The notes under the pieces: model-generated | What the model was told of the DNA's origin: nothing | Database searches by the model: none | What the model saw: only the letters and a program-made list of their open reading frames with translations | Assembly: GCA_965208575.1 (NCBI GenBank) | Contig: CBDBOV010000002.1 | Location: forward strand, 672,001-736,000 | Origin: Spirochaetia bacterium | GTDB taxonomy: Bacteria > Spirochaetota > Spirochaetia > SZUA-6 > Bin103 | Reading direction: 5' to 3' | Length of the DNA: 64,000 bases | Made by a program: the position numbers and the translations under genes | In this document: in pieces, positions 31,613 through 41,335 of the stretch | How positions within the stretch are numbered: position 1 is the first letter of the stretch | Layout: each line of letters starts with the position of its first letter

Positions 31613-32058
31613 TCTTCGCCGCCGAAGCGCGTGCTCAACTGCGGCAGGTCGCTCTCATCCACGAGCGCATCGACCACCGCGAGCGGGAGAGCGGCGTGGC
31701 CGGACTGGAGAGTCTCGCCTACCAGCTTCACAACCTGTACGGCGCGATCGAGGAGTTGTTCGAGCTGGTGGCGGCGGCGTTCGAGAATCAGCTTCAGGGT
31801 GGAGGCGGGTACCACATCGAGTTGCTCAGACGCATGACGATAGCCGTCGACGGCGTCCGTCCGCGGGTAATTTCTGATCACACCCTGGCGGCGCTCAACT
31901 CATTGCGCGGCTTTCGCCACGTGTTTCGTCATGCCTACGGCGGCGGACTGGATCGGCGCAGGATCGCCCTGCTCGTCGAAGACGCGCGCGCGGTGCGCGA
32001 GCCGCTCGCCGCCGAGGTGCAGGCGTTCGTCGCTGCCGTGGCCCCCGCCGATTCCTGA
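31591..32058 (+). CDS. HEPN (HepT-like) ribonuclease toxin
   Basis: LHNLYGAIEELF, YHIELL, FRHVFRHAY (Rx4H plus Tyr); overlaps the MNT gene. Confidence 0.85.
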   Translation: MDEARYVVFAAEARAQLRQVALIHERIDHRERESGVAGLESLAYQLHNLYGAIEELFELVAAAFENQLQGGGGYHIELLRRMTIAVDGVRPRVISDHTLAALNSLRGFRHVFRHAYGGGLDRRRIALLVEDARAVREPLAAEVQAFVAAVAPADS

Positions 32059-32091
32059 CCGCCGGAGTGAAGATCGCACGGGAACAGGCCA

Positions 32092-32712
32092 TTGCGTAGC
32101 CGGCACATGGCGATGGCACTTGAAGAGTTCCGGCTCCTGAAGAGGAAACCGGGGTGGAAGTACGAGTATTGGAACGGTGAGGCACACATCTCGCCGGGAC
32201 ATCGGGTGGTCACCATGTCCCTCGACATAGAGCCACGCTCCTGCCAAAGCCCTTGTCAGATCGGGCCCGTGGTGACGCGGCGCGAAGCGGAGTTGATTGC
32301 CGCCTACTTGGCGGCCTTCAGAGACACCATCGAGTACTGCGATTGGGAGGAGGAGAGAATCGCCGATTCGGCCAACAAGAGCGTCGTCGAATTTCTTGCC
32401 GGTGAACGCGGCGATCCTCTCGCGGCGTCACGCCTGGCTCTGATCTGCCATCCCGAAGCCGACGGGAGAGTGGTGGGTGGTGCTGCCCTCCTGGTCGAAA
32501 CGGATGACAAATGTCCACTCTTGGATATGCTCTTCGTTGCTCCGGAGTGGCAACGCCGGGGGATAGCCACCGCCTTGGTGTCGTCGGCGGTCAATCAATT
32601 GCACGGCCGGGGATACAGGCGTCTGAAGAGCCGGTACATGCTCGGCAACGACAAGAGCCGGGCCTGGCACGAAGGGTTCGGATTCTCTCCCATCCCCGAA
32701 GGTAGACCATAG
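32092..32712 (+). CDS. GNAT acetyltransferase
   Basis: LFVAPEWQRRGIAT motif A, N...WHEGFGF. Confidence 0.85.
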   Translation: MRSRHMAMALEEFRLLKRKPGWKYEYWNGEAHISPGHRVVTMSLDIEPRSCQSPCQIGPVVTRREAELIAAYLAAFRDTIEYCDWEEERIADSANKSVVEFLAGERGDPLAASRLALICHPEADGRVVGGAALLVETDDKCPLLDMLFVAPEWQRRGIATALVSSAVNQLHGRGYRRLKSRYMLGNDKSRAWHEGFGFSPIPEGRP

Positions 32713-32836
32713 AGCCCCGCAGGGGTCCGAACGCCGGTAACAGCAGAACTGGCATGGCCGGAATCGACGACCGACAGCTTGCAGGAGCGCACGACTGGCG
32801 GCCAACTCCGCACGCGGCCACGGCGTGGAGGCGGCG

Positions 32837-35449
32837 CTACCGCGACGGCTCGGGCGGCGGAGCTGCTCCGTAGCCGTGGCACATGCGGTGGTGTGCCAGG
32901 CACGCGAGAGCCAGGTTCTCCGGCTCCGGGCCGCCCCCGTCGGCAACCGGCAGCAGGTGGTGGATCTGTAGCAGGTGGGACGAATTGCAGCGGCGACCGG
33001 TGAGCGGGTCCCGATAGCAGCAGCGCCCCCCGTCGCGCAGCCAGACGTGACGCCGGACAGCCGCCGGAATGGAGCGCCGCGGCGGCGACCGGCGCGGGCC
33101 GAGCGGAGCATCGCGGGTGCACTGCGGCGATGCTCCCCCCGGTGAGCCGCCCGCCCCACGCGCAGGCGGCACGCCGCTGACCAACTTCGGCGCCGCAGCC
33201 GTGGCCAACCGGATCGGCATGGCACCAGTACCGTCGGCGGAGCCGTCGCCGGCCAACTTCGGCGCCGCAGTCGTGGCCGGCCGGATCGGCGTGGCACCAG
33301 CGCCGTCGGCGGGGCCGCCGCTGACCAACTTCGGCGCCGCAGTCGTGGCCGGCCGGATCGGCGTGGCACCAGCGCCGTCGGCGGGGCCGCCGCTGACCAA
33401 CTTCGGCGCCGCAGTCGTGCCCGGCCGGATCGGCGTGGCACCGGCGCCGTCGGCGGGGCCGCCGCCGGCCAACTTCGGCGCCGCAGCCGTTGCCGGCCGG
33501 ATCGGCGTCGCATCAGCGCCATCGGCGGGGCCGCCGCCGGCGCTCCGACCCTCCGGCGCCGCAGCAACGGCGGGCGGGGCCGAAGCAGCGCCACCCGCGC
33601 GGGTGCCAACTGCCCGTGTACCGCCCGCCGGGGCGGCGGGCGCAACGCCGCGCACCGGGCGAGCGTTGGGGGACGCCGCCGCCCGCGGCAGCTCCCCGGC
33701 GGACGCGGGCGCGCCCCGTGGCGCCGGAGTATCGCCGCCCCCACCCACGGCGGCCGCCGCCACGACCGAGGGTGTGCTGGTCCGCTCCCGCCGCGACGAT
33801 GCTGCCGTGCCGCCCGAACGCCCCCGCCTGCCACCGCCGCCGCGCGGGTCGTGCCGCGCCACCGCCTCGCGCACCAGCCGCGCCACCAAGTCCCCCCACG
33901 ACATGCGCGGGTCGACGTGCGACAGCCAGTTCTTCAGTTGGCGCAGTCCCTGCTCGCACTCCTGGTCGATGCTCACCTTCAACGTGTAGCGGTCCGGCGC
34001 CACCGCACGCAGCGTGTCGCGCGGCGGCGCCACCTGCGGAGCGGCACTGGCCAGCAGGCCGGCGACCTGGCGCGTGGTCATGCCGGCGGCCTGCTCGATC
34101 AGCTCGCGCTGCCGCCGCGGGTGCAGCAGCGCGGCGGCGGACAACGGCCCGGCGGACCGCTCGGGGCTGGAACACGGTTCCGGGTTGGAACAAAGTTCCG
34201 GGTTCCGATCACCCCGCGACGGCGCCGGTGCGAGCGCAGCGGTGCGCCGCGGCTCCGATGCGGCCACGACCGGCAACGGGACCGGCTCGGCGCCACTCGC
34301 CGGCGGTGGAAGTGGCGCGGCCGGGCCTTGGTCCGAGGAGGCCACGGCGGGACCGGGAGCGCGCAACGGTGCCCGTGCAGCCGCGTGGCTCGCCACCGGC
34401 ACCACCGGCGTGGTCGCCGCCTCGTTACCCGTGAGCCCGGGCCGCGGTACACGCCCCGGCGCCGCGGGCGGTGGCGCGTGCAGGGTGGTGGGCGTCGAAG
34501 CCGGTGCAGCGCCCGAGGTGGCGGCACTCGAGTCCAATCGGCCCACCGGCTGCGCACCCGCGGCTGCCGGGCCGGCACCGACTGCCGCCGAGTCGTCCGA
34601 CGACGGCCTGCAACGGTCGCTCTCCGCATGCCGGTCCCCGCGGCCTCCGGCGTCACCGGGCGACCGCGCCACCGGCCCGTCCGGCGGTCGGCTGCAGCCG
34701 TCGCTCACGGTGTGCCGGTCTTCGCGGCCCCCGGCGGCACGGGACGACCGCGCCGCCGAGTCGTCCGACGATGGCCTGCAACGGTCGCTCTCCGCATGCC
34801 GGTCGTCGCGGCCTCCGGCGTCACCGAGCGACCCCGCCACCGGCTCGTCCGACGATGGTCTGCAACGGTCGTTCCCGGTATGCCGGTCCCCGCAGCCCCC
34901 GGCGTCACCGAGCGCCCCCGCCTCCTGTTCGACGGCGGCCACGCCGGGCCGCGCCGATGCCGTCCCCGCCGCGGCACCGGCCATCCCCGCTCCCGACGCT
35001 TCGCCATCCTGGTCTCCCGCTCCGCCCGGCGCAGCAGGTAGCCCATGCAGACCTTGGCAGCGCTCCTGATCGACGGGCGCGCTCGCTCTCCTGCACTGGC
35101 GCTCGGCGGCGCCAAACGCGGTCTCCAACTGCGCCGCCGACGTCACACTCAGCTCGCCGCTGTGCAGCATGGCCCGCACCCAGCCATGCCGCCGGCACAG
35201 CCTCATGGTCTGAATACGCCGTTGCGCGGCCGCATCGGTGAAGCGCAACTCCCGCACCGCGTAGTCGAACAGGCTCGAGAACCCGCGCCGCAGCGCCAGC
35301 CCGCGACGGTCGATCTCGTCGAGATGGTCCAGGATGTGCACTTCGAGGCCGCGCTGGTTGGCCGCCAGGCGCCTGGTCTGCTCGAGGAGCTGCTGATCAC
35401 CGAGTGAGTTGAAAGGTCGTCTGCCGGTCCCGCCGGTCATGTTTAACAT
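32837..35449 (-). CDS. DUF222-like N-terminus / repeat linkers / C-terminal HNH endonuclease (870 aa)
   Basis: HLDEIDRRGLALRRGFSSLFDY N-domain; C-terminal VWLRDGGRC...C...IHHLLPVADGG...NLALACLAHH. Confidence 0.88.
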   Translation of the reverse strand: MLNMTGGTGRRPFNSLGDQQLLEQTRRLAANQRGLEVHILDHLDEIDRRGLALRRGFSSLFDYAVRELRFTDAAAQRRIQTMRLCRRHGWVRAMLHSGELSVTSAAQLETAFGAAERQCRRASAPVDQERCQGLHGLPAAPGGAGDQDGEASGAGMAGAAAGTASARPGVAAVEQEAGALGDAGGCGDRHTGNDRCRPSSDEPVAGSLGDAGGRDDRHAESDRCRPSSDDSAARSSRAAGGREDRHTVSDGCSRPPDGPVARSPGDAGGRGDRHAESDRCRPSSDDSAAVGAGPAAAGAQPVGRLDSSAATSGAAPASTPTTLHAPPPAAPGRVPRPGLTGNEAATTPVVPVASHAAARAPLRAPGPAVASSDQGPAAPLPPPASGAEPVPLPVVAASEPRRTAALAPAPSRGDRNPELCSNPEPCSSPERSAGPLSAAALLHPRRQRELIEQAAGMTTRQVAGLLASAAPQVAPPRDTLRAVAPDRYTLKVSIDQECEQGLRQLKNWLSHVDPRMSWGDLVARLVREAVARHDPRGGGGRRGRSGGTAASSRRERTSTPSVVAAAAVGGGGDTPAPRGAPASAGELPRAAASPNARPVRGVAPAAPAGGTRAVGTRAGGAASAPPAVAAAPEGRSAGGGPADGADATPIRPATAAAPKLAGGGPADGAGATPIRPGTTAAPKLVSGGPADGAGATPIRPATTAAPKLVSGGPADGAGATPIRPATTAAPKLAGDGSADGTGAMPIRLATAAAPKLVSGVPPARGAGGSPGGASPQCTRDAPLGPRRSPPRRSIPAAVRRHVWLRDGGRCCYRDPLTGRRCNSSHLLQIHHLLPVADGGGPEPENLALACLAHHRMCHGYGAAPPPEPSR
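33181..33540 (-). repeat. 72-bp coding tandem repeat, about 5 units (24 aa, GGPADGAGATPIRPATTAAPKL)
   Basis: Visible in the DNA and the translation. Confidence 0.9.
34585..34920 (-). repeat. 84-bp coding tandem repeat, about 4 units (28 aa, GDAGGRxDRHAESDRCRPSSDDSAA)
   Basis: Visible in the DNA and the translation. Confidence 0.85.
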
Positions 35450-35958
35450 GTCTTAAATATAACACTGGTCTGTAGATAGCACTTTCTTGCAGGTCCTCGA
35501 CCCGGTACCGGCAGCGCCCGTGGAGCGCGAATTGGCGGCTCCAGGGGCACGCGCTCGGCCACTTGACGGGCGCACACCATTGCCGGACTTCACGGCCCGC
35601 CAGGGGCCTTCAGCGGCAGCGGAAAAGTGCGTCAACCCCTGCGCCCGATTTTCTGCAGTTATTTTGGTGCAGGTCGAACTCCGGCCACCGCGGCACGCAG
35701 GAACCACCCCACGCCGCAAAGATGGTCCGACCCTCCCGGTACGTGAGCCCTGACGACCACCGGCGCCGCGGCAGCCTGCCCGGTCCCCCATCTGCTGCCG
35801 TGCCGACCGGAGCGGTGGGGTGAGACCGGTGCGTGCCGACTTCGTCAACCGCCACCACCGCCTTTCGCAATCGCACCGGCGCCCGCAGGTGCAAGAGGAC
35901 GCGTGTACCCCGATTGCGGTAGCATCGCGCCTGAGAGAGCGAGAGGGGGAGCATCGTC

Positions 35959-36396
35959 ATGAGCGAGTACATTCCGAGTCCGGCGCAGTGGGTGCGCGAC
36001 CAGGTGGAGCTGTATGAAGGCAGCGGCGGCACCGAGGGGCTGACCCTGCGCGATACCGGGTTGCCGGTGATCATCGTGACGCACACGGGCAACAAGACCG
36101 GCGCCGTCCGCAAGACGCCGCTGATGCGGGTGGCGGACGGTGACGGTTACGTGCTGATCGGATCGCAGGGAGGCGCGCCGAAGAATCCGGTGTGGGTGTA
36201 CAACCTGCGCGCCAACCCGGCGGTGACGATCCGCGACGCGACCTCGGTCCAGGAGATGCGGGCGCGCGAGGTGCACGACGACGCGGAGCGGGCGCGGCTG
36301 TGGGTCCTGGCCGTGGCCGCCTTTCCGCCGTACGCCGACTACCAGGACAAGACCACGCGCCGGATACCGGTGTTTCGAGCCGAACCCGTCGCCTGA
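35959..36396 (+). CDS. Deazaflavin-dependent nitroreductase (DDN)-family oxidoreductase
   Basis: GNKTGAVRKTPL, SQGGAPKNPVWVYNLRANP, YQDKTTRRIPVF. Confidence 0.9.
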   Translation: MSEYIPSPAQWVRDQVELYEGSGGTEGLTLRDTGLPVIIVTHTGNKTGAVRKTPLMRVADGDGYVLIGSQGGAPKNPVWVYNLRANPAVTIRDATSVQEMRAREVHDDAERARLWVLAVAAFPPYADYQDKTTRRIPVFRAEPVA

Positions 36397-36408
36397 TCCG
36401 GCGCCATC

Positions 36409-37239
36409 ATGGGATCGCTGGACGGCAAGGCCGCGCTGGTGACCGGGGCCGGCGGGCGCAACGGCATCGGCCGGGCGGTGGCGCTGCGGCTGGCGGAGGA
36501 CGGCGCGGACGTGGCGGTGAACGACCTGGTCGCCAGGCCGCGCGAGGGCAGCGACTGGGGAGGGCTGCCGGCGCTGGCCCGTGAGGTCGAGGCTCTGGGG
36601 CGCCGGTCGCTGGCCGTTACCGGCGACGTGGGCGACGCGGCGCAGGTGCAGGCGATGGTCGACCGGGTGGTCGACCAATTGGGCAGCCTGGACATCCTGG
36701 TGACGAACGCCGGCACTCCGGCCGGCCGCGACCGGGTGCCGATCGTGGAGTTGGAGGAGCAGCACTGGGACCGGGTGCTGCGGGTCAACGCCAAGGGCAC
36801 GTTCCTGTGCTGCCGGGCGGCGGCGCGGGTAATGATCGGCGCCGGTCGCGGCGGCCGCATCATCACCATGTCATCGGTTGCGGGCAAGCAGGGCCGGGCG
36901 CGGTTCGGCGCCTACGCTGCCTCCAAGTTCGCCGTCGTGGGGCTGACGCAGGCGCTCGCGCACGAGCTCGGCCCGCATGGCATCACCGTCAACGCGTTGT
37001 GTCCCGGCGTGATAGATACCGAGCGCTACCACGACATCGCGAACGCCACCCGCGACTCCGACACCTCCACCGAGGAGCGGCGCGCGCGCCTGTTCGCCGG
37101 CGCCGCCCGCGCCACGCCGCTGGGGCGGATCGGCAGCGCGGCCGACGTCGCCCGCGTGGCGGCGTTTCTGGCCGGCCCGGACAGCGGCTTCGTCACCGGC
37201 CTTGCCGTGCCGGTGGCCGGCGGCCTGTACATGCAGTAG
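36409..37239 (+). CDS. SDR-family oxidoreductase
   Basis: TGAGGRNGIG, NAG, YAASK. Confidence 0.92.
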   Translation: MGSLDGKAALVTGAGGRNGIGRAVALRLAEDGADVAVNDLVARPREGSDWGGLPALAREVEALGRRSLAVTGDVGDAAQVQAMVDRVVDQLGSLDILVTNAGTPAGRDRVPIVELEEQHWDRVLRVNAKGTFLCCRAAARVMIGAGRGGRIITMSSVAGKQGRARFGAYAASKFAVVGLTQALAHELGPHGITVNALCPGVIDTERYHDIANATRDSDTSTEERRARLFAGAARATPLGRIGSAADVARVAAFLAGPDSGFVTGLAVPVAGGLYMQ

Positions 37240-37281
37240 CCGCGCCGCGCCGCCCCGCGCCGCCGGCACCGTTCCGGTTGG

Positions 37282-37310
37282 TTGACCGGGGCGGGGTGCG
37301 TCGCTAAGGT
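37282..37310 (+). promoter_or_regulatory. Putative sigma70 promoter of the permease pair
   Basis: TTGACC-N17-TAAGGT, 26 nt before the start. Confidence 0.5.
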
Positions 37311-37336
37311 TCCCCGTTGTCGGGGATCGAAGCGCC

Positions 37337-38335
37337 GTGATTCAGTACTTCATACGCCGCGTCGGCTACATGCTGGTAACCCTGCTGGGAATATCGATCC
37401 TGGCGTTCGTCATCATCCAGGCGCCGCCCGGCGACTATCTCGACATCTACATCCAGCAGCTTCGCGAGCGCGGCATCGAGACCGACCGCGAGGAGCTGGC
37501 CGGCCTGGAGGCGCGCTACGGGCTCAACCAGCCGGTACTGGTCCAGTACTTCAAGTGGATGGGCAACCTGATCACGCTTGACCTGGGCAAGTCGCTGGCC
37601 ACGCAACAGAGGGTGATCGACATCCTCGGCGAACGGGTGCCGCTGACCGCCATGATCACGCTGCTCACCACCGTGTTCACCTTTGCCGTGGCGATACCGA
37701 TCGGCATCTACGCCGCCACCCACCAGTACTCGCTGACCGACTACTCGGTGTCGACGCTCGGCTTCATCGGCCTGGCGACGCCCAACTTCCTGCTCGCCCT
37801 GATCCTGATGTTCCTGGCCAGCCGCTGGCTGGGGGTCAGCATCGGCGGCCTGTACTCGCCGGAGATGGTGACCGCGCCGTTCAGCTTGGCCAAGCTGTGG
37901 GACCTGATCAAGCACCTGCCGGTGCCGATCATCGTGGTGGGCACCGCCGGAACCGCGGGGCTGATCCGCATCATGCGCGCCACCATGCTCGACGAGCTGC
38001 GCAAGCAATACGTGATCACGGCGCGGTCGAAGGGCGTCGAAGAGGGGCGCCTGCTGTTCAAGTACCCGGTGCGGATCGCGGTCAATCCCCTGGTCAGCAC
38101 CATCGGCTGGCTGCTGCCGGAGATCATCTCCGGGGAGACCGTCACCGCGGTCGTGCTGAGTCTGCCCACCGTGGGGCCGCTGCTGCTCACCGCCCTGCTG
38201 CAGCAGGACATGTACCTGGCCGGCAGCATCATCATGGTGCTGAGCCTGCTCGTCGTGATCGGGACGCTGATCTCCGACATGCTGCTGGCGGTGGTCGATC
38301 CGCGCATCCGGATGGAGCGCAAGGCGGCGGCGTGA
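37337..38335 (+). CDS. Peptide/nickel ABC permease (OppB/DppB-like)
   Basis: YGLNQP, YVITARSKG EAA loop, DPRIR. Confidence 0.92.
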   Translation: MIQYFIRRVGYMLVTLLGISILAFVIIQAPPGDYLDIYIQQLRERGIETDREELAGLEARYGLNQPVLVQYFKWMGNLITLDLGKSLATQQRVIDILGERVPLTAMITLLTTVFTFAVAIPIGIYAATHQYSLTDYSVSTLGFIGLATPNFLLALILMFLASRWLGVSIGGLYSPEMVTAPFSLAKLWDLIKHLPVPIIVVGTAGTAGLIRIMRATMLDELRKQYVITARSKGVEEGRLLFKYPVRIAVNPLVSTIGWLLPEIISGETVTAVVLSLPTVGPLLLTALLQQDMYLAGSIIMVLSLLVVIGTLISDMLLAVVDPRIRMERKAAA

Positions 38336-39468
38336 GCACGGGTCTCGACCTGCCGGTACCGGAAACCGCCGCCACCGACCAACGGCAGGAGCAGTACTTC
38401 GTCGCCTCCCAGTGGCAACTGGTGTGGCGCAAGTTCCGCCGCCACCACCTGGCGTTGCTGGGTATGAGCATCCTCGCCGTGCTCTACCTCCTGGCGGCGT
38501 TCGCCGAGTTCTTCGCCCCCTACGACAAGCTGCTGCGCAACACCGACCTTCGCTTCGCGCCTCCGCAGCGGATCCGGATTTTCGAGAACGGCCGGCTCAG
38601 CGCGCCCTTCGTGTATGGCTACACCACCGAGCGCAACCCGGAGACCTTCCGCGAGGAGTTCACGGTCGACGAGAGTCAGCGGTTCCGCATCGGCCTGTTC
38701 GTGCGCGCCGGCGAGTACCGCCTGTGGGGCCTGTTCAAGACCGACCTGCACTTTTTCGGCACCCGCGACGAGGGCGGTTACGTGTACCTGCTCGGTACCG
38801 AGCGGCTCGGCCGCGACGTGTTGTCGCGCATCATCATCGCGTCGCGCATCTCGCTGAGTGTCGGCCTGGTAGGGGTGTTCATCGCCTTCATACTCGGCTG
38901 CCTGCTCGGCGGCCTGTCAGGCTATCTCGGCGGCTGGGTGGACAACACCATCCAGCGGCTGGTGGAGATCCTGATCTCGGTGCCCACCATCCCGCTGTGG
39001 CTGGCGCTGAGCGCCGCCCTGCCCGCGACCTGGTCGATCGTTGCCGTCTACTTCGGCATCACGGTGATCCTGTCGCTGATCGGCTGGACCGGTTTGGCGC
39101 GCGTGGTGCGCGGCAAGCTGCTGGAGGTGCGCGAAGCCGACTTCGTGCTGGCCGCGCGCATCGCCGGCAAGCGCGAGATGCCGATCATCCGCGAGCACCT
39201 GCTGCCCTCCTTCACCAGCTACCTGGTAGTGGACATGTCGCTGCGCATCCCGGGCATGATCCTCGGCGAAACCGCGCTGAGCTTCCTCGGTTTCGGCATT
39301 CGCCCGCCGGCGGTGAGCCTCGGGTCGCTGCTGATCGACGCCCAGAACGTGGCCACCCTCACCACCCACCCGTGGATGCTGATGCCCGCGCTGCTGGTGA
39401 TCGTGATCGTGCTGTGCTTCAACTTCGTCGGCGACGGCCTGCGCGACTCCGCCGACCCCTACCACTAG
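38332..39468 (+). CDS. Peptide/nickel ABC permease (OppC/DppC-like)
   Basis: GTGA overlap, LGTERLGRD, ETALSFLG, NFVGDGLRD. Confidence 0.92.
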   Translation: MSTGLDLPVPETAATDQRQEQYFVASQWQLVWRKFRRHHLALLGMSILAVLYLLAAFAEFFAPYDKLLRNTDLRFAPPQRIRIFENGRLSAPFVYGYTTERNPETFREEFTVDESQRFRIGLFVRAGEYRLWGLFKTDLHFFGTRDEGGYVYLLGTERLGRDVLSRIIIASRISLSVGLVGVFIAFILGCLLGGLSGYLGGWVDNTIQRLVEILISVPTIPLWLALSAALPATWSIVAVYFGITVILSLIGWTGLARVVRGKLLEVREADFVLAARIAGKREMPIIREHLLPSFTSYLVVDMSLRIPGMILGETALSFLGFGIRPPAVSLGSLLIDAQNVATLTTHPWMLMPALLVIVIVLCFNFVGDGLRDSADPYH

Positions 39469-40115
39469 GCGCCCGGGACGAAGGTGAGGTAGCGCAGCAG
39501 GGTGCCGGCCAGCGCCATGAGCCGGGAGAACACCGGTACGCCGACGATGCCGAGCAGGATCAGCCCGAGCAGCAGGTAGGAGCCGAAGCGCGCGTTGTAG
39601 TGGCGGTAGGCGTCGGCGGCGCGCGCCGGCAGCAGGTGGGGCAGGATGTAATGGCCGTCGAGCGGGCCGAGCGGGATCAGGTTGAACAGCATCAGCAGCA
39701 GGTTGACCCGCGCGAGCAGCACGAAGAAGGTGACCGGCCCCTCGGCAAAGAACAGGTCCACGCCGGCGGCGCGCAGCAGCAGGAACAGGTTCCAGGTAAG
39801 CACGGCGAGCAGCAGGTTGGCGGCCGGGCCGGCGGCGGCAATCCACAGATCGGCGCGCGGAGTGCGGAAGTTGCGCGGGTCGGTGGGCACCGGGCGGGCG
39901 TAGCCGAAGCCGACCAGGACCACCATCGCCAGGCCCATCGGATCGATGTGGCGCACCGGGTTGAGGGTGAGCCGGCCCGCGTACTCGGCGGTGCGGTCGC
40001 CGTTCAGCTTGGCCACGTAGGCGTGGCCGAATTCGTGCACCGACAGCGATGCGATCAGCGCCGCCACCAGGAGCCCGAACAGCAGGACCTCGCCCCGAAA
40101 CAACAGCTCGATCAT
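39465..40115 (-). CDS. Site-2 protease (M50) family protein
   Basis: HEFGH, AAGPAAN, FNLIPLGPLDG. Confidence 0.92.
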   Translation of the reverse strand: MIELLFRGEVLLFGLLVAALIASLSVHEFGHAYVAKLNGDRTAEYAGRLTLNPVRHIDPMGLAMVVLVGFGYARPVPTDPRNFRTPRADLWIAAAGPAANLLLAVLTWNLFLLLRAAGVDLFFAEGPVTFFVLLARVNLLLMLFNLIPLGPLDGHYILPHLLPARAADAYRHYNARFGSYLLLGLILLGIVGVPVFSRLMALAGTLLRYLTFVPGA

Positions 40116-40243
40116 CGCGACTCACGCCCCTCCAACAGCCAACGGCAAGACCTCGCCTCGAAACAGCAGCTCGATCATCGCGTCGCGAGCGCCTCCAACG
40201 TGAACGGCGGCCCCTCGCCGCGCAATAGCAGCTCGATCATCGT
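40085..40243 (-). repeat. Three tandem copies (62-63 bp period) of the S2P gene start, ATGATCGAGCTG...GGCGAG
   Basis: ATGs at 40240, 40178 and 40115, each followed by a MIELL(F/L)RGE-coding sequence. Confidence 0.85.
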
Positions 40244-41172
40244 GCGGCGGATGCCTCGAGGTCATGGCGCAGCACCACGTGGTGGTAGCGGTCCGCGGTG
40301 TACAGGGAGCCCGGCGCCCACGCCAGCGGCCCGATGATGGCGCGCCGGCCGAGGCTGACGTAGCCGGCGGCGATGGCGGGTTCGAAGGTGCCGTCCGGTG
40401 CGATCACCTGGATGCGGTAGTTGGAGCGGTCGGCCACGTACACGCGGTCGCGGTCGTCCACCACCAGCCCGGACGGGAAGATGAACGCGCCGCCGCTGCG
40501 CCCGCGCTCGCCCCACTCGGCCACGAACGCGCCCTCGGCGGTGAACTTCTGCACCCGGTGGTTGTGCGCGTCCGCGACCCACACGTTGCCGAACGAGTCC
40601 ACGGCAACGGCGCGCACCTCCCGGAACTCGCCGGGCCGTGGACCCTCGCGTCCCCAGGCGGCGAGGAAGGCGCCGTCGCCGGTGAAGCGCTGGATGCGGT
40701 GGTTGCCGGTATCGGCCACGTACACGCTCCCGTCCGGCGCCGCGGCGATCGCGCGCGGGCGGGCGAACTGCCCCGGACCGCTGCCGTTGCCGCCCCAGGT
40801 GGTCAGCAACTCGCCGGCGGCGCTGAACTTCTGCACCCGGTGGGTGGTGAACTCCACCGTGTAGACGGCCCCGTCGCCGCCGACGGCAAGCCCGCTCAGC
40901 CCGAGGAACTGCCCCGGCTCCGATCCCCAGGAGCCGAACGCGTCCACGAACTCGCCGTCGCCGGTCAGCTTCTGCACGCGGTGGTTGTCGGTGTCGGCGA
41001 CGTACAGAAACCCGGCGGCGTCGACGGCAATGTGCGCCGGGGTAAAGAACTCACCCGGCTCGAACCCGCGCGAACCGATAAGGGCTATCCTCTCGTCGTT
41101 GACCGCGCAACCCGCCCCGGCCACGACCAGGGCGAACAGCAGCAACAAACGGGTAGCGGCAATACGACGCAC
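40237..41172 (-). CDS. NHL-repeat beta-propeller lipoprotein
   Basis: Lipobox AGC; repeats YVADTxNHRVQKF...WG..G..PGQF. Confidence 0.9.
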   Translation of the reverse strand: MRRIAATRLLLLFALVVAGAGCAVNDERIALIGSRGFEPGEFFTPAHIAVDAAGFLYVADTDNHRVQKLTGDGEFVDAFGSWGSEPGQFLGLSGLAVGGDGAVYTVEFTTHRVQKFSAAGELLTTWGGNGSGPGQFARPRAIAAAPDGSVYVADTGNHRIQRFTGDGAFLAAWGREGPRPGEFREVRAVAVDSFGNVWVADAHNHRVQKFTAEGAFVAEWGERGRSGGAFIFPSGLVVDDRDRVYVADRSNYRIQVIAPDGTFEPAIAAGYVSLGRRAIIGPLAWAPGSLYTADRYHHVVLRHDLEASAAR

Positions 41173-41335
41173 GGATCAATGGTCCGCAAGCAGCGCGCCA
41201 CAGGCAAGCCGGTGGCCTCCGCTGGCTATTGAATTCGCACAGCGGACGGGGGCGGCGCCGTGGGCGAGCGGAGGACGATGACTGGTACCTGATTTCGGGA
41301 TGCGTTGGGGTGACGAGAATAAGGGACCGTGACGG

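Larger units (their letters stand above)
32713..35672 (-). mobile_element. HNH-encoding repeated element, copy 1
   Basis: Homologous to 42081-44936 across the ORF and both non-coding flanks; similarity stops abruptly at both ends. Confidence 0.75.

Noticed and set aside
32705-32712. GACCAT just left of both element copies (32705, 42071) as a target site or duplication
   Set aside because: It sits at opposite ends of the element, at different offsets, and is not repeated on the other side of either copy.
33181-33540. 72-bp and 84-bp periodic repeats as a CRISPR array
   Set aside because: Units are contiguous, degenerate, multiples of 3 and in-frame, with no unique spacers and no cas genes.
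32837-35449. HNH ORF as IscB, Cas9 or a group II intron protein
   Set aside because: No recognisable PLMP, split RuvC or RT (YADD) motifs; HNH is at the extreme C-terminus.
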